Assembly (NCBI RefSeq): GCF_001194135.2
Contig: NC_069005.1
Span: 7,536,456 to 7,598,430 of the forward strand
Direction: 5' to 3'
DNA from: Octopus bimaculoides
Taxonomy: Eukaryota
DNA length: 61,975 bases
Shown here in pieces: positions 37,047 to 50,062 of this stretch. The stretch's first letter is position 1. Every line of letters starts with the position of its first letter. The notes beneath the pieces were generated by a model. That model saw only the letters and a list, made by a program, of their open reading frames with translations, ran no database searches and was not told where the DNA came from. The translations under genes were made by a program, and so were the position numbers.

Positions 37047-37693
37047 GTATGAGGGTCAGCTGAAAAGTTCATAGGCCGACCAAGATACTCTCATGAAATG
37101 TGATCAAATGAGGTTTATTTTTCAATGTAGTCCTTCTTGCAGTCCACACACTTCTTCCATCAGTGTTGCAGTACTTGGATCCCATTGGTGAAGAAGCTTT
37201 GATCTTGTTGGTCAAAATGGTCATTAGCAAGACCTTGATGTCATCATCCTTGCAAAACTGTCCCCCAGCCAAGTGGTTTTCATGTTGGGGAACTGATGGT
37301 AGTCAGACGGGGCCAAATCGGGAGAAGAGGGACAGTGATCAACCAATTCAAAACCACAGCAGCCATTGAAATGACAGACTTGTGCTGGAGCGTTGACCTG
37401 ATAAAGCAAGACCCCTGTTGTCAGTTTTCCTGGGTGTTTGGTCTTAACAGCCTTTCGTAACTGCCTCAGCAAGTTGGCATAGCACTCTTCATTGATGGTG
37501 TGGCCCTTTTCAAGATAGTCAATAAACACAATGCCTTTTTCGTTACAAAAAACAGAGGCCATCACTTTCCCCACAGATGAAATGACTTTGGCCTTCTTTG
37601 GAGTAGGTGAAGAGAAATGCTTCCACTGCATCGATTGTCTCAAAGAGATGAACCCAACACTCATCCTGGATTAGGAAACATTCAAGGAAAGTA
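37047..37693 (-). mobile_element. Mariner (DD34D) transposase relic, catalytic half plus 3-prime TIR
   Basis: FLECFLIQDECWVH, KVMASVFCNEKGIVFIDYLEKGHTIN and SPDLAPSDYHQF. The terminus TA-TGAGGGTCAGCTGAAAAGT lies at about 37049. The 5-prime part is lost in a GT tract and gap. Confidence 0.9.
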
Positions 37694-37740
37694 GTGTGTG
37701 TGTATGTATATATATATGTATATACCTGTGTATACGTGTT

Positions 37741-37777
<37 letters not shown>

Positions 37778-39120
37778 NNNNNNNNNNNNNNNNNNNNNNN
37801 NNNNNNNNNNNNNNNNNNNNNNNNNNNNNNNNNNNNNNNNNNNNNNNNNNNNNNNNNNNNNNNNNNNNNNNNNNNNNNNNNNNNNNNNNNNNNNNNNNNN
37901 NNNNNNNNNNNNNNNNNNNNNNNNNNNNNNNNNNNNNNNNNNNNNNNNNNNNNNNNNNNNNNNNNNNNNNNNNNNNNNNNNNNNNNNNNNNNNNNNNNNN
38001 NNNNNNNNNNNNNNNNNNNNNNNNNNNNNNNNNNNNNNNNNNNNNNNNNNNNNNNNNNNNNNNNNNNNNNNNNNNNNNNNNNNNNNNNNNNNNNNNNNNN
38101 NNNNNNNNNNNNNNNNNNNNNNNNNNNNNNNNNNNNNNNNNNNNNNNNNNNNNNNNNNNNNNNNNNNNNNNNNNNNNNNNNNNNNNNNNNNNNNNNNNNN
38201 NNNNNNNNNNNNNNNNNNNNNNNNNNNNNNNNNNNNNNNNNNNNNNNNNNNNNNNNNNNNNNNNNNNNNNNNNNNNNNNNNNNNNNNNNNNNNNNNNNNN
38301 NNNNNNNNNNNNNNNNNNNNNNNNNNNNNNNNNNNNNNNNNNNNNNNNNNNNNNNNNNNNNNNNNNNNNNNNNNNNNNNNNNNNNNNNNNNNNNNNNNNN
38401 NNNNNNNNNNNNNNNNNNNNNNNNNNNNNNNNNNNNNNNNNNNNNNNNNNNNNNNNNNNNNNNNNNNNNNNNNNNNNNNNNNNNNNNNNNNNNNNNNNNN
38501 NNNNNNNNNNNNNNNNNNNNNNNNNNNNNNNNNNNNNNNNNNNNNNNNNNNNNNNNNNNNNNNNNNNNNNNNNNNNNNNNNNNNNNNNNNNNNNNNNNNN
38601 NNNNNNNNNNNNNNNNNNNNNNNNNNNNNNNNNNNNNNNNNNNNNNNNNNNNNNNNNNNNNNNNNNNNNNNNNNNNNNNNNNNNNNNNNNNNNNNNNNNN
38701 NNNNNNNNNNNNNNNNNNNNNNNNNNNNNNNNNNNNNNNNNNNNNNNNNNNNTATATATGTATGTGTGTTTGTCCCCCCACCATCGCTTGACAACCGATG
38801 CTGGTATGTTTAGGTCCCCGTAACTTAGCGGTTCGGCAAAAAGAGACCGATAGAATAAGTACTAAGCTTACAAAGAATAAATCCTGGGGGTCACTTTGCT
38901 TGATTAAAGGTGGTGCTCCAGCATGGCCGCAGTCAAATGACTAACACAAGTAAAAGAGAGCAAAGAGAGTTACCCCACGCAAGTATGGAAAAACAGGCAT
39001 TAAAATGATGACAATAATCATTATTTATATCTTGTATTCTACAGCAAATTTCAAAGACGGTGTGACCAGATATGTCCAAGCTATCCACTCTTAAAGCTAC
39101 GCTGTGCATATTATTCTTAC

Positions 39121-39247
39121 CTGTCATCCACAACCATATTAGTTCAATAACTGATTGCTTAAAGACATTGTCAAACTGGCAGTGTGAGTCTGGGAAACTG
39201 TGATGGAATGTTCCATAAACTGCCAGTGACATCAGCTTTGGTAATTC
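39121..39247 (-). CDS. FAM227A: FAM227-family gene, exon 7 (ELPKLMSLAVYGTFHHSFPDSHCQFDNVFKQSVIELIWLWMT), phase 0 to 1
   Basis: AG/GTAAGA sites. It matches the recalled FAM227 segment LP.LL..AVY..F...FP.S...F...FK......LW. Confidence 0.9.
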
Positions 39248-39454
39248 CTGGTCAAAGTGAAAGCAAACTTCTAAGTCAATCGGCCATGCTGTGCCTACAC
39301 ACACACATGCGCAAAAAGACAAACATGATATATATTATATATATAAAAATAAAAAAGTATTATTACTGTTATTTATAGTAATAAGGTGGCTAGCAAGTTC
39401 ACACCATTACAGGCACAATATAAGGTAAACTAAGATTCAATAGGGTATATAATA

Positions 39455-39840
39455 TTGTTGATGGCACTCCGTCGCTTACGACGTCGAGGGTTCCAGTTGA
39501 TCCGATCAACGGAACAGCCTGCTCGTGAAATTAACGTGCAAGTGGCTGAGCACTCCACAGACACGTGTACCCTTAACGTAGTTCTCGGAGATATTCAGCG
39601 TGACACAGTGTGACAAGGCTGACCCTTTGAATTACAGGCACAACAGAAACAGGAAGTAAGAGTGAGAGAAAGTTGTGGTGAAAGAGTACAGCAAGGTTCG
39701 CCACCATCCCCTGCCGGAGCCTCGTGGAGCTTTTAGGTGTTTTCGCTCAATAAACACTTACAACGCCCGGTCTGGGAATCGAAACCGCGATCCTATGACC
39801 GTGAGTCCGCTGCCCTAACCACTGGGCCATTGCACCTCCA
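39455..39840 (-). mobile_element. Young, CpG-intact tRNA-derived SINE family D
   Basis: Minus-strand head TGGCCCAGTGGTTAGG (A box) and GGTTTCGATTCC (B box), followed by a non-tRNA body. Confidence 0.85.
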
Positions 39841-40534
39841 GGGTGCAATTTTAGCACTACTTGCTAAAATCAGAACCAAGGCTCAAAGAACTACCATAAA
39901 CTCATGGTAAAGATACACAGAAGCAATGCAATGAACATATGAGAAACAGGCTTCCCTTTGCATTGAACACATCAGTAAGTAATGAATATTTCAATACCAA
40001 TTGATTTCACATTTTTCATGACAAACATACTCTGCGATCTTCAGTTGGAAATAACATTTTAACATCTATTTAGCAAGTGGTATTATATACCCTATTGAAT
40101 CTTAATTTCCTTTACATATATAAAAGTGAGTTCACAGCTGTAACCTACACCAGTTTCGCATAACCAGCCCACTCATAAGTACCTTGGATCGTAAGGCGAC
40201 ATGCTGTGCTTGAGGAGACCTATTGAGTCAAGTACATCAAAATCAAATCAAATCACAATCAGAATCAAATGGAAATAGCAGTTATGATCCCCGTGCCGGT
40301 GGCACGTAAAAAGCACCAGCCGATCATGGTCGATGCCAGCCCCCTCTGGCCCCTATGCTGGTGGCATGTAAAAAAGCACCCACTACACTCTCAAAGTGGT
40401 TGGTGTTAGGAAGGGCATCCAGCTGTAGAAACTCTGCCAGATCAGACTGGAGCCTGGTGCAGCCTCCTGGCTTCCCAGACCCCAGTCGAACCATCTAACC
40501 CATGCCAGCATGGAAAACAGATGTTAAACGATGA

Positions 40535-40577
<43 letters not shown>

Positions 40578-41152
40578 TACATACACATATATATATAGTG
40601 GTGCTCCAGTATGGCCACAGTCAAATGACTGAAACAAGTAAAAGAATGCACAAACATACACATATAGTTCAAATGTACAGAAAAGAAAAGCCAAAGACAG
40701 GTGAGGTGAACCACAGGTACTTGGGAAGAATGGAAAAGTCTTTGATGTTTCAAGTGTCTATGCTCTTTGACAGAAAGGCATGAGAAGAAAAAAAGAATGG
40801 AGAGAGACAAAAATGTTTTGGGATTAATGGTCTAACATGAAAAAATCCTTATACACACATGCACAGACACACACATACATATATACATACACACACATAC
40901 ATATATACATACGCACACACATATACGTATATATCAGAAAGCAATCTTTATATCCAACTTAACATGGATGTTTGTTAGAGTACCAGGTACTATGTTAGTT
41001 ACCTTGAGAGGACCTTTTCTATTGATACATGATGCAATACATCCACATTAAGTTGGTCCAATTTGAACAAATCTATCTAAATGGCTCAAAACCAACCCTG
41101 CTGGAGTGCAAACTGAAAGGTTGAAAGATCAAATGGAAAGTTCTGGAATTAC

Positions 41153-41296
41153 CTTAAATAAAGTGTCTGCAAAATACTTTTCCCTCCTTGCTAGGTGAAT
41201 GAGGTTCACATAATTGACAGCAACTCGATGGAACAACTTCTGCTGTACAGATAAATCAGGCTGGAAATTGGTGAGAAATAAATACCAGAAGATGTC
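41153..41296 (-). CDS. FAM227A: FAM227-family gene, exon 6, FWWh-domain core (DIFWYLFLTNFQPDLSVQQKLFHRVAVNYVNL...TLFK), phase 0 to 0
   Basis: AG/GT sites, 144 nt. It matches the DSFWW.F...[FY].P....Q..LFDRI...Y signature of FAM227A/B. Confidence 0.92.
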
Positions 41297-41550
41297 CTGT
41301 TGATAGAAACATTGTTTTAATTAAGTCAGGAAAAGAAGATTGCCATATTTTCTGACATACAAGTCAATGTGGTATTTCTATATCCTTAAATGCATATATA
41401 TGATTTTAACAAAACGGAGGTAAAGCAATATATTCACAGACAAAACTTCCAACTACCAACACTTGAGACTCCAACGCCTTCTACTTTTCAACGAAACATG
41501 TTACTCTTTATAAGAGTTCAACGAGTCTACTAATTAATCACACAGGAGTA

Positions 41551-42014
41551 TTAACCCTTTCGTTACCAACCAGGCTGAAACCGGCTCTGGCTCTGAGTAC
41601 AAATATCTTGTTTTCATAAGTTTTGAATTAAAATCTTCCATCAAACCTTTTAGTCACAATTTATGTTCTTAACACTAGCTTAATGATAACTAAGTTATTT
41701 TACTAAATCTTTTGTTATATTTAAAGTAATTGAAAGAAACACAGAGCATCTCAACAGAAATATGGTAACAAAAGGGTTAACAAATGATTAATTTAACCCT
41801 TTTGTTACCAACCCGGCTGAAACTGGCTCTGAATACAAATGTCTTGTTTCCATAAGTTTTGAATTAAAATCTTCTACCAAACCTTAGTCACAATTTATGT
41901 TCCTAACACTAGCTGAATGATAACTAAGTTATTTTACTAAATTCTTTGTTATATTTAAAGTAATTGAAAGAAACACAGAGCATCTCAACAGAAATATGGT
42001 AACAAAAGGGTTAA
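41551..42014. mobile_element. Two adjacent TTAA-flanked piggyBac-type MITEs, family 2 (41555-41776 and 41797-42010)
   Basis: Each reads TTAA-CCCTTT(C/T)GTTACCA ... TGGTAACAAAAGGG-TTAA. The two bodies are highly similar. Confidence 0.85.
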
Positions 42015-42902
42015 TGTCTGTCACCACAACAAGTAAATAGTGAAAACATGAAGTGTAAACATTCAAACATCATCGCTATCTTTCCAAATCCTGCTGCATT
42101 CCACAAGAATACGTTGGTCCTCCAAAGTCGTCATAGTGCATAAGTTGACCTCCCATTTTTGACCATAAATTTGGGTCCGGAAAATTGGACTGAAGCAACA
42201 TGAAACAAAGTGTCTTGCTCAAGAACACAACACATAGCCTGGTCTAGGAATCGAAATCATAATCTTGCAATCATGTGTGCAACTCCGTAGCCCCTGGGTT
42301 ACATGGCTTCAATTCAGCAAGTATGGGAAAACAATTATGAACTGAAGAAGGAGTTACAAAAAATTATGTAGTAACAACTGTGTATTTCTAGCAAGTATGA
42401 AATAACAACCATGGTTAACCCTTTAGCATTTAAACTAGCCATATTTGGCCCAAATATTCTACCTGCTTTTGCCTCTCATACCTATGCTACAATGTCAATG
42501 TCATTCTAAGAATAAGCAATCACATCATCAAAATCTTGAAGCTACAAGATAATGCATGATTAATTCAAAACAATGTGAATAAATATTACTTTTGACAGAG
42601 TAATCGGAATGCAAGAGGGTTGAACCAGCCATATCCAGCCAAGATATTCTACCTGGTTTATTTTCAAATCAGCCAGATCTAACTTCTCACACCTACCCTA
42701 CAATGTCATTCTAAAAATAAACAATCACATCATCGAAATCTCGAAGCTGAGATAATACATAATTAATTCAAAACAATGTGAATAGATAAACATTACATTT
42801 GACAAAGTCATTTGAATACTAAAAGGTTAACTCATATTTCCAGGAGAAGGGAAATGAAAACTTGACATTAATAAAAATTTAAAAAACTGAACAGAACTGC
42901 AC

Positions 42903-42962
42903 CTGTAATATGTCTTGGCATCTTTTGGAATATAGAATTTTCTCAAACGTTGGGCGCTGGAG
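42903..42962 (-). CDS. FAM227A: FAM227-family gene, exon 5 (LQRPTFEKILYSKRCQDILQ), phase 0 to 0
   Basis: Long polypyrimidine acceptor and CAG|gtgcag donor. It aligns with the LEKFL.S.....IWL segment preceding DSFWW. Confidence 0.85.
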
Positions 42963-43315
42963 CTGTAAATAGCAAAAAAAAATTAAGGTTAAAAGACAGA
43001 GACAAACAAATAAACAAAAGAAAAATGCAAAAAGTAGAGAAAAGAAAATGGAAGTTGAAAGACAACCAGATACCAAAGTTAATTGACCAACTTTGAACAC
43101 CCAACCAGAACAACTGACCTCCATAGAAAAAACAAAAAACCCTGGAACCATGAAATAACCTTTTAGCAGCTTATCATACATCAATATTGGGAAAATTCAC
43201 AACCTTCTGTATCATTAAACCACTATTGTTCCTGAAAGTTGTTTTCTATTTCTTCTACAGACTGTTTGAAGCTCACTATGTTCCTACACCTTGATCCTTA
43301 GATCTTACCTTTATA

Positions 43316-43442
43316 TACAGGGTGTCCACAAAGTCTGGGTACATGAGGATTAACACATACTTTAAGAAGTTATTGTTTCTTATATTTAATTGTTTATGTT
43401 ATGATTTTATTTACTCCATGTACCCAGACTTTGTGGACACCC

Positions 43443-43446
<4 letters not shown>
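43316..43446. mobile_element. Tc1/mariner-type MITE (127 bp) with 28-bp perfect TIRs
   Basis: TA-CAGGGTGTCCACAAAGTCTGGGTACATG ... CATGTACCCAGACTTTGTGGACACCCTG-CA. The right TA is mutated. Confidence 0.85.
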
Positions 43447-43488
<42 letters not shown>

Positions 43489-44645
43489 CTCAATCAATAA
43501 CCTTACAAAGTAGATGCAATGGAACAACCATATCATTGACCTGGTCACAGTTGTGTCACACCAACTTTAGTGTGAAAAAACTGACTGCAATTAATGGCTT
43601 CAAACTTTGGCATAAAGCATGAATAATAAAGAGAGGTGGATGGCAAAGATGGTTGGTGATTTAGGAGGAACACAGCAGTATAAAAAGGAGACAGCATTAG
43701 GCAATAAGTGGCTAAATAATTAGAGCATCTTACAAAATGCTTTGTGGTCTCTACTTGTAGCACCTTCACATTCTGTGTTCAAATCCTGCTGAGGTTGATT
43801 TCTGTTTTACTTTCTTCTGGGGTCAATAATATCATTTAAATACTGGGTTCACATCATTGACTATCCTCCTCCCACAAGACTGGGCCTTTGTGCCAATATT
43901 TAGGGTGGTGACTTGATTGAAATGGTAAACTGACAAGATGTGTTGATGTTCTTTGGTCCTAGGTCATCCCTGGTCAAGAAAATATATGACCAAAGACATT
44001 TCAGCCATGACCATCCTGTTTCTTTTTTTTTTCCAGGTACAGGTATGGATGTGGAGTAAAAAATTCACTTTCCAACCACATGGCTTTGGATTCAGTCCCA
44101 GTGCATGGCACCTTGGACAAGTTTCTTTCACTCTGTCCCTGGACCAATGGAAGCTTTGTGAGTAGATTTAGTAGATGGAAACCGAAAGAAGCCTAATGTT
44201 TGTGTTTATGTTCCCGTAACTTAGTGGTTCAGCAAATGAAACCAATAGAATAAATGCTAGGCTTAAAACAAAAGTACTAGGGTCAATTTGTTCAAATAAA
44301 ACTCTTCAAGGCAGTGCTCCAGCATGGCCATAGTCCAATGACTGAAACAAGTAAAAGATTGGAATCACATTATCTAATGGGTTTTCCTTTTTAAGATTGA
44401 TAGGGGTGAGTCAGAGGAATTTTGGCTGTTTGACCTGCTACAAATAGCAGCCAAATCCTTCCTCAAATCACAACCTACTGACTTACAAAAACACAGAAGG
44501 TCACAGTGCATATTGTAGTCCTTACTATACAAAAAGACATTATGGTCACTGCTGGAATGACAATTGATCAATAGGTCTGCTGGATCAAGGCTGACCCAGG
44601 GCTAAGCAATAACAACAACATTTAAGGCACAAAGAATTTACTGAC

Positions 44646-44759
44646 AGAACCAATTTTGGAATAATGAGCGTGAAGAGCCTTCTTCAACATTTCTTTTGGT
44701 TGGATGTTGTAGGGTAAAGATGTCATTTGGTGCTTCTGAAAACCAGGGAAGACATATGT
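44646..44759 (-). CDS. FAM227A: FAM227-family gene, exon 4 (TYVFPGFQKHQMTSLPYNIQPKEMLKKALHAHYSKIGS), phase 0 to 0
   Basis: Acceptor ctcttttccag and donor gtcagt. It matches the recalled FPGF....T.LP motif. Confidence 0.85.
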
Positions 44760-46519
44760 CTGGAAAAGAGAATGAGAAATATACACATAAACAGCAGATG
44801 CATGCATAAATACATCATCATCGAACATCCATTTCTATGCTGACATGGGCTGGATGGCTTGACAGGTACTGGCAAGGCCAGGGGCCACACCAAGTTCCAT
44901 AGTCTGTTTTGGCATGGTTTCTATGGCTAGATATCCTTCTTAATGCCAATTATTTTACAGAGTGAACTGGCTGCTTTTTACATGGCACCTTGCTTTTAGG
45001 AAATATATAATACAAAACCACAATAAGACAGAANNNNNNNNNNNNNNNNNNNNNNNNNNNNNNNNNNNNNNNNNNNNNNNNNNNNNNNNNNNNNNNNNNN
45101 NNNNNNNNNNNNNNNNNNNNNNNNNNNNNNNNNNNNNNNNNNNNNNNNNNNNNNNNNNNNNNNNNNNNNNNNNNNNNNNNNNNNNNNNNNNNNNNNNNNN
45201 NNNNNNNNNNNNNNNNNNNNNNNNNNNNNNNNNNNNNNNNNNNNNNNNNNNNNNNNNNNNNNNNNNNNNNNNNNNNNNNNNNNNNNNNNNNNNNNNNNNN
45301 NNNNNNNNNNNNNNNNNNNNNNNNNNNNNNNNNNNNNNNNNNNNNNNNNNNNNNNNNNNNNNNNNNNNNNNNNNNNNNNNNNNNNNNNNNNNNNNNNNNN
45401 NNNNNNNNNNNNNNNNNNNNNNNNNNNNNNNNNNNNNNNNNNNNNNNNNNNNNNNNNNNNNNNNNNNNNNNNNNNNNNNNNNNNNNNNNNNNNNNNNNNN
45501 NNNNNNNNNNNNNNNNNNNNNNNNNNNNNNNNNNNNNNNNNNNNNNNNNNNNNNNNNNNNNNNNNNNNNNNNNNNNNNNNNNNNNNNNNNNNNNNNNNNN
45601 NNNNNNNNNNNNNNNNNNNNNNNNNNNNNNNNNNNNNNNNNNNNNNNNNNNNNNNNNNNNNNNNNNNNNNNNNNNNNNNNNNNNNNNNNNNNNNNNNNNN
45701 NNNNNNNNNNNNNNNNNNNNNNNNNNNNNNNNNNNNNNNNNNNNNNNNNNNNNNNNNNNNNNNNNNNNNNNNNNNNNNNNNNNNNNNNNNNNNNNNNNNN
45801 NNNNNNNNNNNNNNNNNNNNNNNNNNNNNNNNNNNNNNNNNNNNNNNNNNNNNNNNNNNNNNNNNNNNNNNNNNNNNNNNNNNNNNNNNNNNNNNNNNNN
45901 NNNNNNNNNNNNNNNNGTTCCATTTTTACAGGGGTTGCTGTTCTGGTAAAGGAAATATGACAATTGGATTAGCTGGTTGATTAGACTGGTAACAGGTAAT
46001 AAACTCGTTTATGTTATTTTAACTGTAATTATTTCACTGATTTCTCACCTTGGGCAGCAGCCATGTTAGGGACTGCCTTGGAGGGTTTTCAGTCAATGAA
46101 ATCAACCCCACTACTTATTCTATCACTACCCCTACATAGACAAACTAATGAAAACCAGCTGCCAAGTAGTGTCACATGAAGGCAAGCTACAAAGAGAGAG
46201 AGAGAGAGAAACGTGCACACGAACACACGCANNNNNNNNNNCCAGACCAGGCTGTGCATTGTGTTCTTGAGCAAGACACTTTATTTCACGTTGCTCCAGT
46301 TCACTCATCTGTCGAAATGATTAGTAACATCACTGGTGTTAAGCTGTATTGGCCCCTTTGCCTTTCCCTTGGATAACATCAGTTGCGTGCAGAGAGGAGG
46401 CTGGTATGCATGGGCAACTGTTGGTCTTCCACAGACAACCTTGCCTGAACTTGTGCCCTGGAGAGGAAACTTCCTAGGTGCAATTCCATGGTCATTCATG
46501 ACCGAAGGGGGTCTTTTAT

Positions 46520-46550
<31 letters not shown>

Positions 46551-47014
46551 ATGCAAGTGTATGTCTGTGTGTGATGGGCTTCCACAATTACCATCTATCA
46601 ATTTCACACACATGGAATTGGTCAATCTGAAGCTATGGTAAAAGTAATTTGGTCAAAGTGCCAATTGTCCAACATAAATCATAGCAGAGTACGACTGAAC
46701 TCAAAACCATATGGTTTTGAAGTGTATTTCTTAACTACAGGGCCATAACTGCAACTATGTTATGGGCGAATCCTGTACACCCCTACGTGACTGAAAGTGG
46801 ACTAAACAGATTTGAATAAATAAAGAACTGTGTGAACTGTCAATGGCAGTTGACAGCATTGGTCGTCTGTGTTGGTTATTGTGTTAGTTTAATATCATAA
46901 CTACGTTGGAGTAGTACAGAGTGTGTTCTGTGTGAACATAATTATTCTGCGATAGGTTATTCTAGATAACCATATCCAAATATTTATTTGGGCAATACTA
47001 TTCTTACACCTGAT

Positions 47015-47406
47015 GTGTACAGAGTGGCTGTGTGGTAAGTAGCTTGCTTACCAACCACGTGGTTCCGGGTTCAGTCCCACTGCGTGGCATCTTGGGCAAG
47101 TGTCTTCTACTATGTCCTCGGGCCGACCAAAGCCTTGTGAGTGGATTTGGTAGACGGAAACTGAAAGAAGCCCATCGTATATATGTATATATATGTGTGT
47201 GTGTCTGTGTTTGTCCCCCTAGCATTGCTTGACAACTGATGCTGGTGTGTTTATGTCCCCGTCACTTAGCGGTTCGGCAAAAGAGACCGATAGAATAAGT
47301 ACTAGGCTTACAAAGAATAAGTCCCGGGGTCGATTTGCTCGACTAAAGGTGGTGCTCCAGCATGGCCGCAGTCAAATGACTGAAACAAGTAAAAGAGTAA
47401 AGAGAG

Positions 47407-47408
<2 letters not shown>
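47015..47408 (+). mobile_element. tRNA-derived SINE family A, near-consensus copy
   Basis: Complete head, body and tail. Further copies lie at about 38753-38970, 44036-44360 and 48518-48905(+), and at 56220-56520 and 56638-57030(-). Confidence 0.9.
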
Positions 47409-47473
<65 letters not shown>

Positions 47474-47880
47474 GTAAAGGCTGTTTACCAATATAATGTG
47501 GCTGTCCTGGAAAGGACAATATCACTGTTGCTTTAGCCCCAAGAAACATCATTTCTAGCTGTCTATATGATACAATATCTGTGTCCTTATATTTTCAAAC
47601 AGGGAGTTCAGCACTCCCACCTGGCACAAAACAACATCTGTGGACTAGTTTCTGGGTTATTGCCTTTATCAATAACACAGAATGGCGTAGCATTACACTG
47701 AGTATATAAAAAGGATAAAATATATTACTGATTTTTAGGGAATGAAAAGAAGTGAAAGGTCACACCATATTTGGGATCAAAATAGATTTAATTGAAAGGT
47801 GGGGGGTCGCTTCATATTGGAAATCACAAATCTTTTAGAACTATTGAGTTACATTAACAGAACATAGGAACTCTACTCAC

Positions 47881-47936
47881 ATTATTGAAACCAGTGTTCT
47901 GGTCTTCAGTTCCCAGGAAACTGCAGTTTGGTAAAT
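47881..47936 (-). CDS. FAM227A: FAM227-family gene, exon 3 (LPNCSFLGTEDQNTGFNN), phase 1 to 0
   Basis: Acceptor gttttaccccag and donor GTGAGT. The 56 nt give the required phase change. Confidence 0.75.
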
Positions 47937-48628
47937 CTGGGGTAAAACATGAAGGCAAGAGGAAGTGAGTGAGGGATAGGAAATGAGAGAGAGGGGGAGT
48001 AAGAGAAAGATGGAGATAGGAAGTGAGAGAGACAGAAAGAGACGGAGAGAGAGAGAGTCAAGAAGGTAAAACATGAGAAACAAAGAGTTTTTAGTTAAAC
48101 AACGCTGTCAGATACAAATATGAAGAATACCTCACAAATGTTCTAAACTTTGTATACATACACACACAAACTCGGGCACATACTCATGCCAGACACAAGA
48201 GAAATTTAATACATTCCAGGATTATCAAAGATATGCTTCAATTTTTCTAAAATTGAATGAAATAAATAAAAATGTTGAATACACACAAACTTGTACATAA
48301 TTAACAAAATAAATAATAATAATCCTTTCTACTAAAGGCACAAGGCCTGAAATTTGGTGGGAGGCAGTAAGTCAATTACATCAACCCCAGTGCATAACTG
48401 GTACTTAATTTATCAACCCCGAAAGGATGACAGGCAAAGTCGACCTCAGCGGCATAATAATAATAGTAGCAATATAATTATAATCACACATTTGGTGTGT
48501 GAATTTTGGCCCATCCTGGATTCAGTCCCACTGCGTGGCACCTTGGGCAAGTGTCTTCTATTATAGCTTCGGGCTGACCAAAAACTTGTGAGTGGATTTG
48601 GTAGACGGAAACTGAAAGAAGCCCGTCG

Positions 48629-48665
<37 letters not shown>

Positions 48666-49192
48666 GTATATGTATATGTGTGTGGGTGTTTGTGTGTCTG
48701 TGTTTGTCTCCCCATCATCGCTTGACATCTGATGCTGGTGTGTTTACGTCCCCATAACTTAGCGGTTCGGCAAAAGAGACCGATAGAATAAGTACTAGGC
48801 TTCCAAAGAATATGTCCTGGGGTTGATTTGCTCGACTAAAGGCGGTGCTCCAGCATGGCCGCAGTCAAAAGACTGAAACAATTAAAAGAGTAAAGAGAGT
48901 AAAGAATATATAATATAGGTTTGTTTCATTTGAGGTATCATTAAATTTAGGGTGGCAAGAATGGTTCATAAAATATATGTAGGGTTTCCATAATTTTTTG
49001 AAAAATTCTAAGAGCTGCTCATTATTGAAATGGCAGGGATTCCAAAACTTTTGCAAAGTCTGGGACTAAGTCAATAATTTATTCCCCAACCTCATTTCTA
49101 TATCTTGCCTCTTGCAACAATTTCAATACAATACCACCCAACCATTTTTGCTCGGAATAAAAGGAAAACAAACATGTTTCTCAAAGACTTAC

Positions 49193-49333
49193 TCAATCTT
49201 GTATTTTTACTGCTTGAACCTTGAGCTCCAGCAGTTGCTTTCTTTTCAAAGACCAAAGGCAGATGGTATCGTAGTTCTTCGTTGTAATGCTTGAGATCTT
49301 GGTTCAAACCATCAACAGAGCCAACACTATATG
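49193..49333 (-). CDS. FAM227A: FAM227-family gene, exon 2 (YSVGSVDGLNQDLKHYNEEL...NTRL), phase 1 to 1
   Basis: Acceptor ctttttcctaaatgacactccag and donor GTAAGT. GSVDGLNQ resembles the FAM227A GSMHQVNQ motif. Confidence 0.8.
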
Positions 49334-49659
49334 CTGGAGTGTCATTTAGGAAAAAAGACGATTCCAAAATCATGGTGGAGTGGACTGAGAAAGATGGATG
49401 ACCTGATGGTTGTATCGACATCAAAGTCATAATTACATGGTGAAACGTTTTGGCAACTCACTGTCTACAACAGAAATGCCCAACCACTATGGGCTGGGCA
49501 TTGTTGGGGACCAAGCCGCACAAAAAAAAAAAAATTACTTCTACTTTATTGACTATTGCAGTCTGCTCTGCGTTTTACATTACATATGTAAGGTAATCTT
49601 CAAGTTTAGGGTGGTAAAAAAAAGTAAATAAAAATATACAAGGGAAATAACTTAACGTC

Positions 49660-50062
49660 TTACTCGTATCATCCGTGCTACTCTGAAATGTGTGTTGTTG
49701 TTTTTTTTTTAGCTGTTTATAAATAAATCACACACGTGACTAGATATCATAGTACCGGCTGAGAGATCGAAAATCCCTCATGGAAGACCGGCTGCACAAC
49801 AACTTATTGTTCCTCAAAATGAAATCCTCACTCGTCATTTAATATTAGAAGAATATTGGAATATTAGTGAATTATGCAGCAGTTCAAGACACAAAATGTT
49901 GGAACGATGTGCGGGCCGTCGGCTTATTAGGAATAAGTTTATCTGCGAGGATTGTTTAGTACCATGCGGACTTGTTAAAAAAAGCAAAAAAACACGTGTA
50001 TGATTTATGTATAAACAGCTAAAAAAAACACCACATTTCAGAGTAGTACAGATTATAAGAAT
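49660..50062. mobile_element. About 400-bp MITE with about 75-bp imperfect TIRs
   Basis: ctactctgaaatgtg...tagctgtttata.ataaatca.acacgtg at the left end is mirrored at the right end. Confidence 0.7.

Noticed and set aside
37543-38823. Long ORFs spanning N runs (also near 1387, 44950 and 53149)
   Set aside because: They consist of X residues from assembly gaps.
39760-39840. tRNA-like sequence with A and B boxes (also the heads of SINE families A and C)
   Set aside because: It continues into a multi-copy SINE body and has no complete cloverleaf, so it is not a tRNA gene.
42060-42190. Minus-strand open frames with an acceptor; one reads PIFRTQIYGQKWEVNLC, superficially MATH-like
   Set aside because: FAM227 homology supports direct joining of exons 5 and 6, there is no good donor, and the acceptor derives from a SINE remnant.
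49334-49430. In-frame ATG-containing extension upstream of FAM227 exon 2
   Set aside because: It contains a clear polypyrimidine tract and AG, and a better upstream exon exists. A 32-codon open stretch can occur by chance. An alternative start is not excluded.
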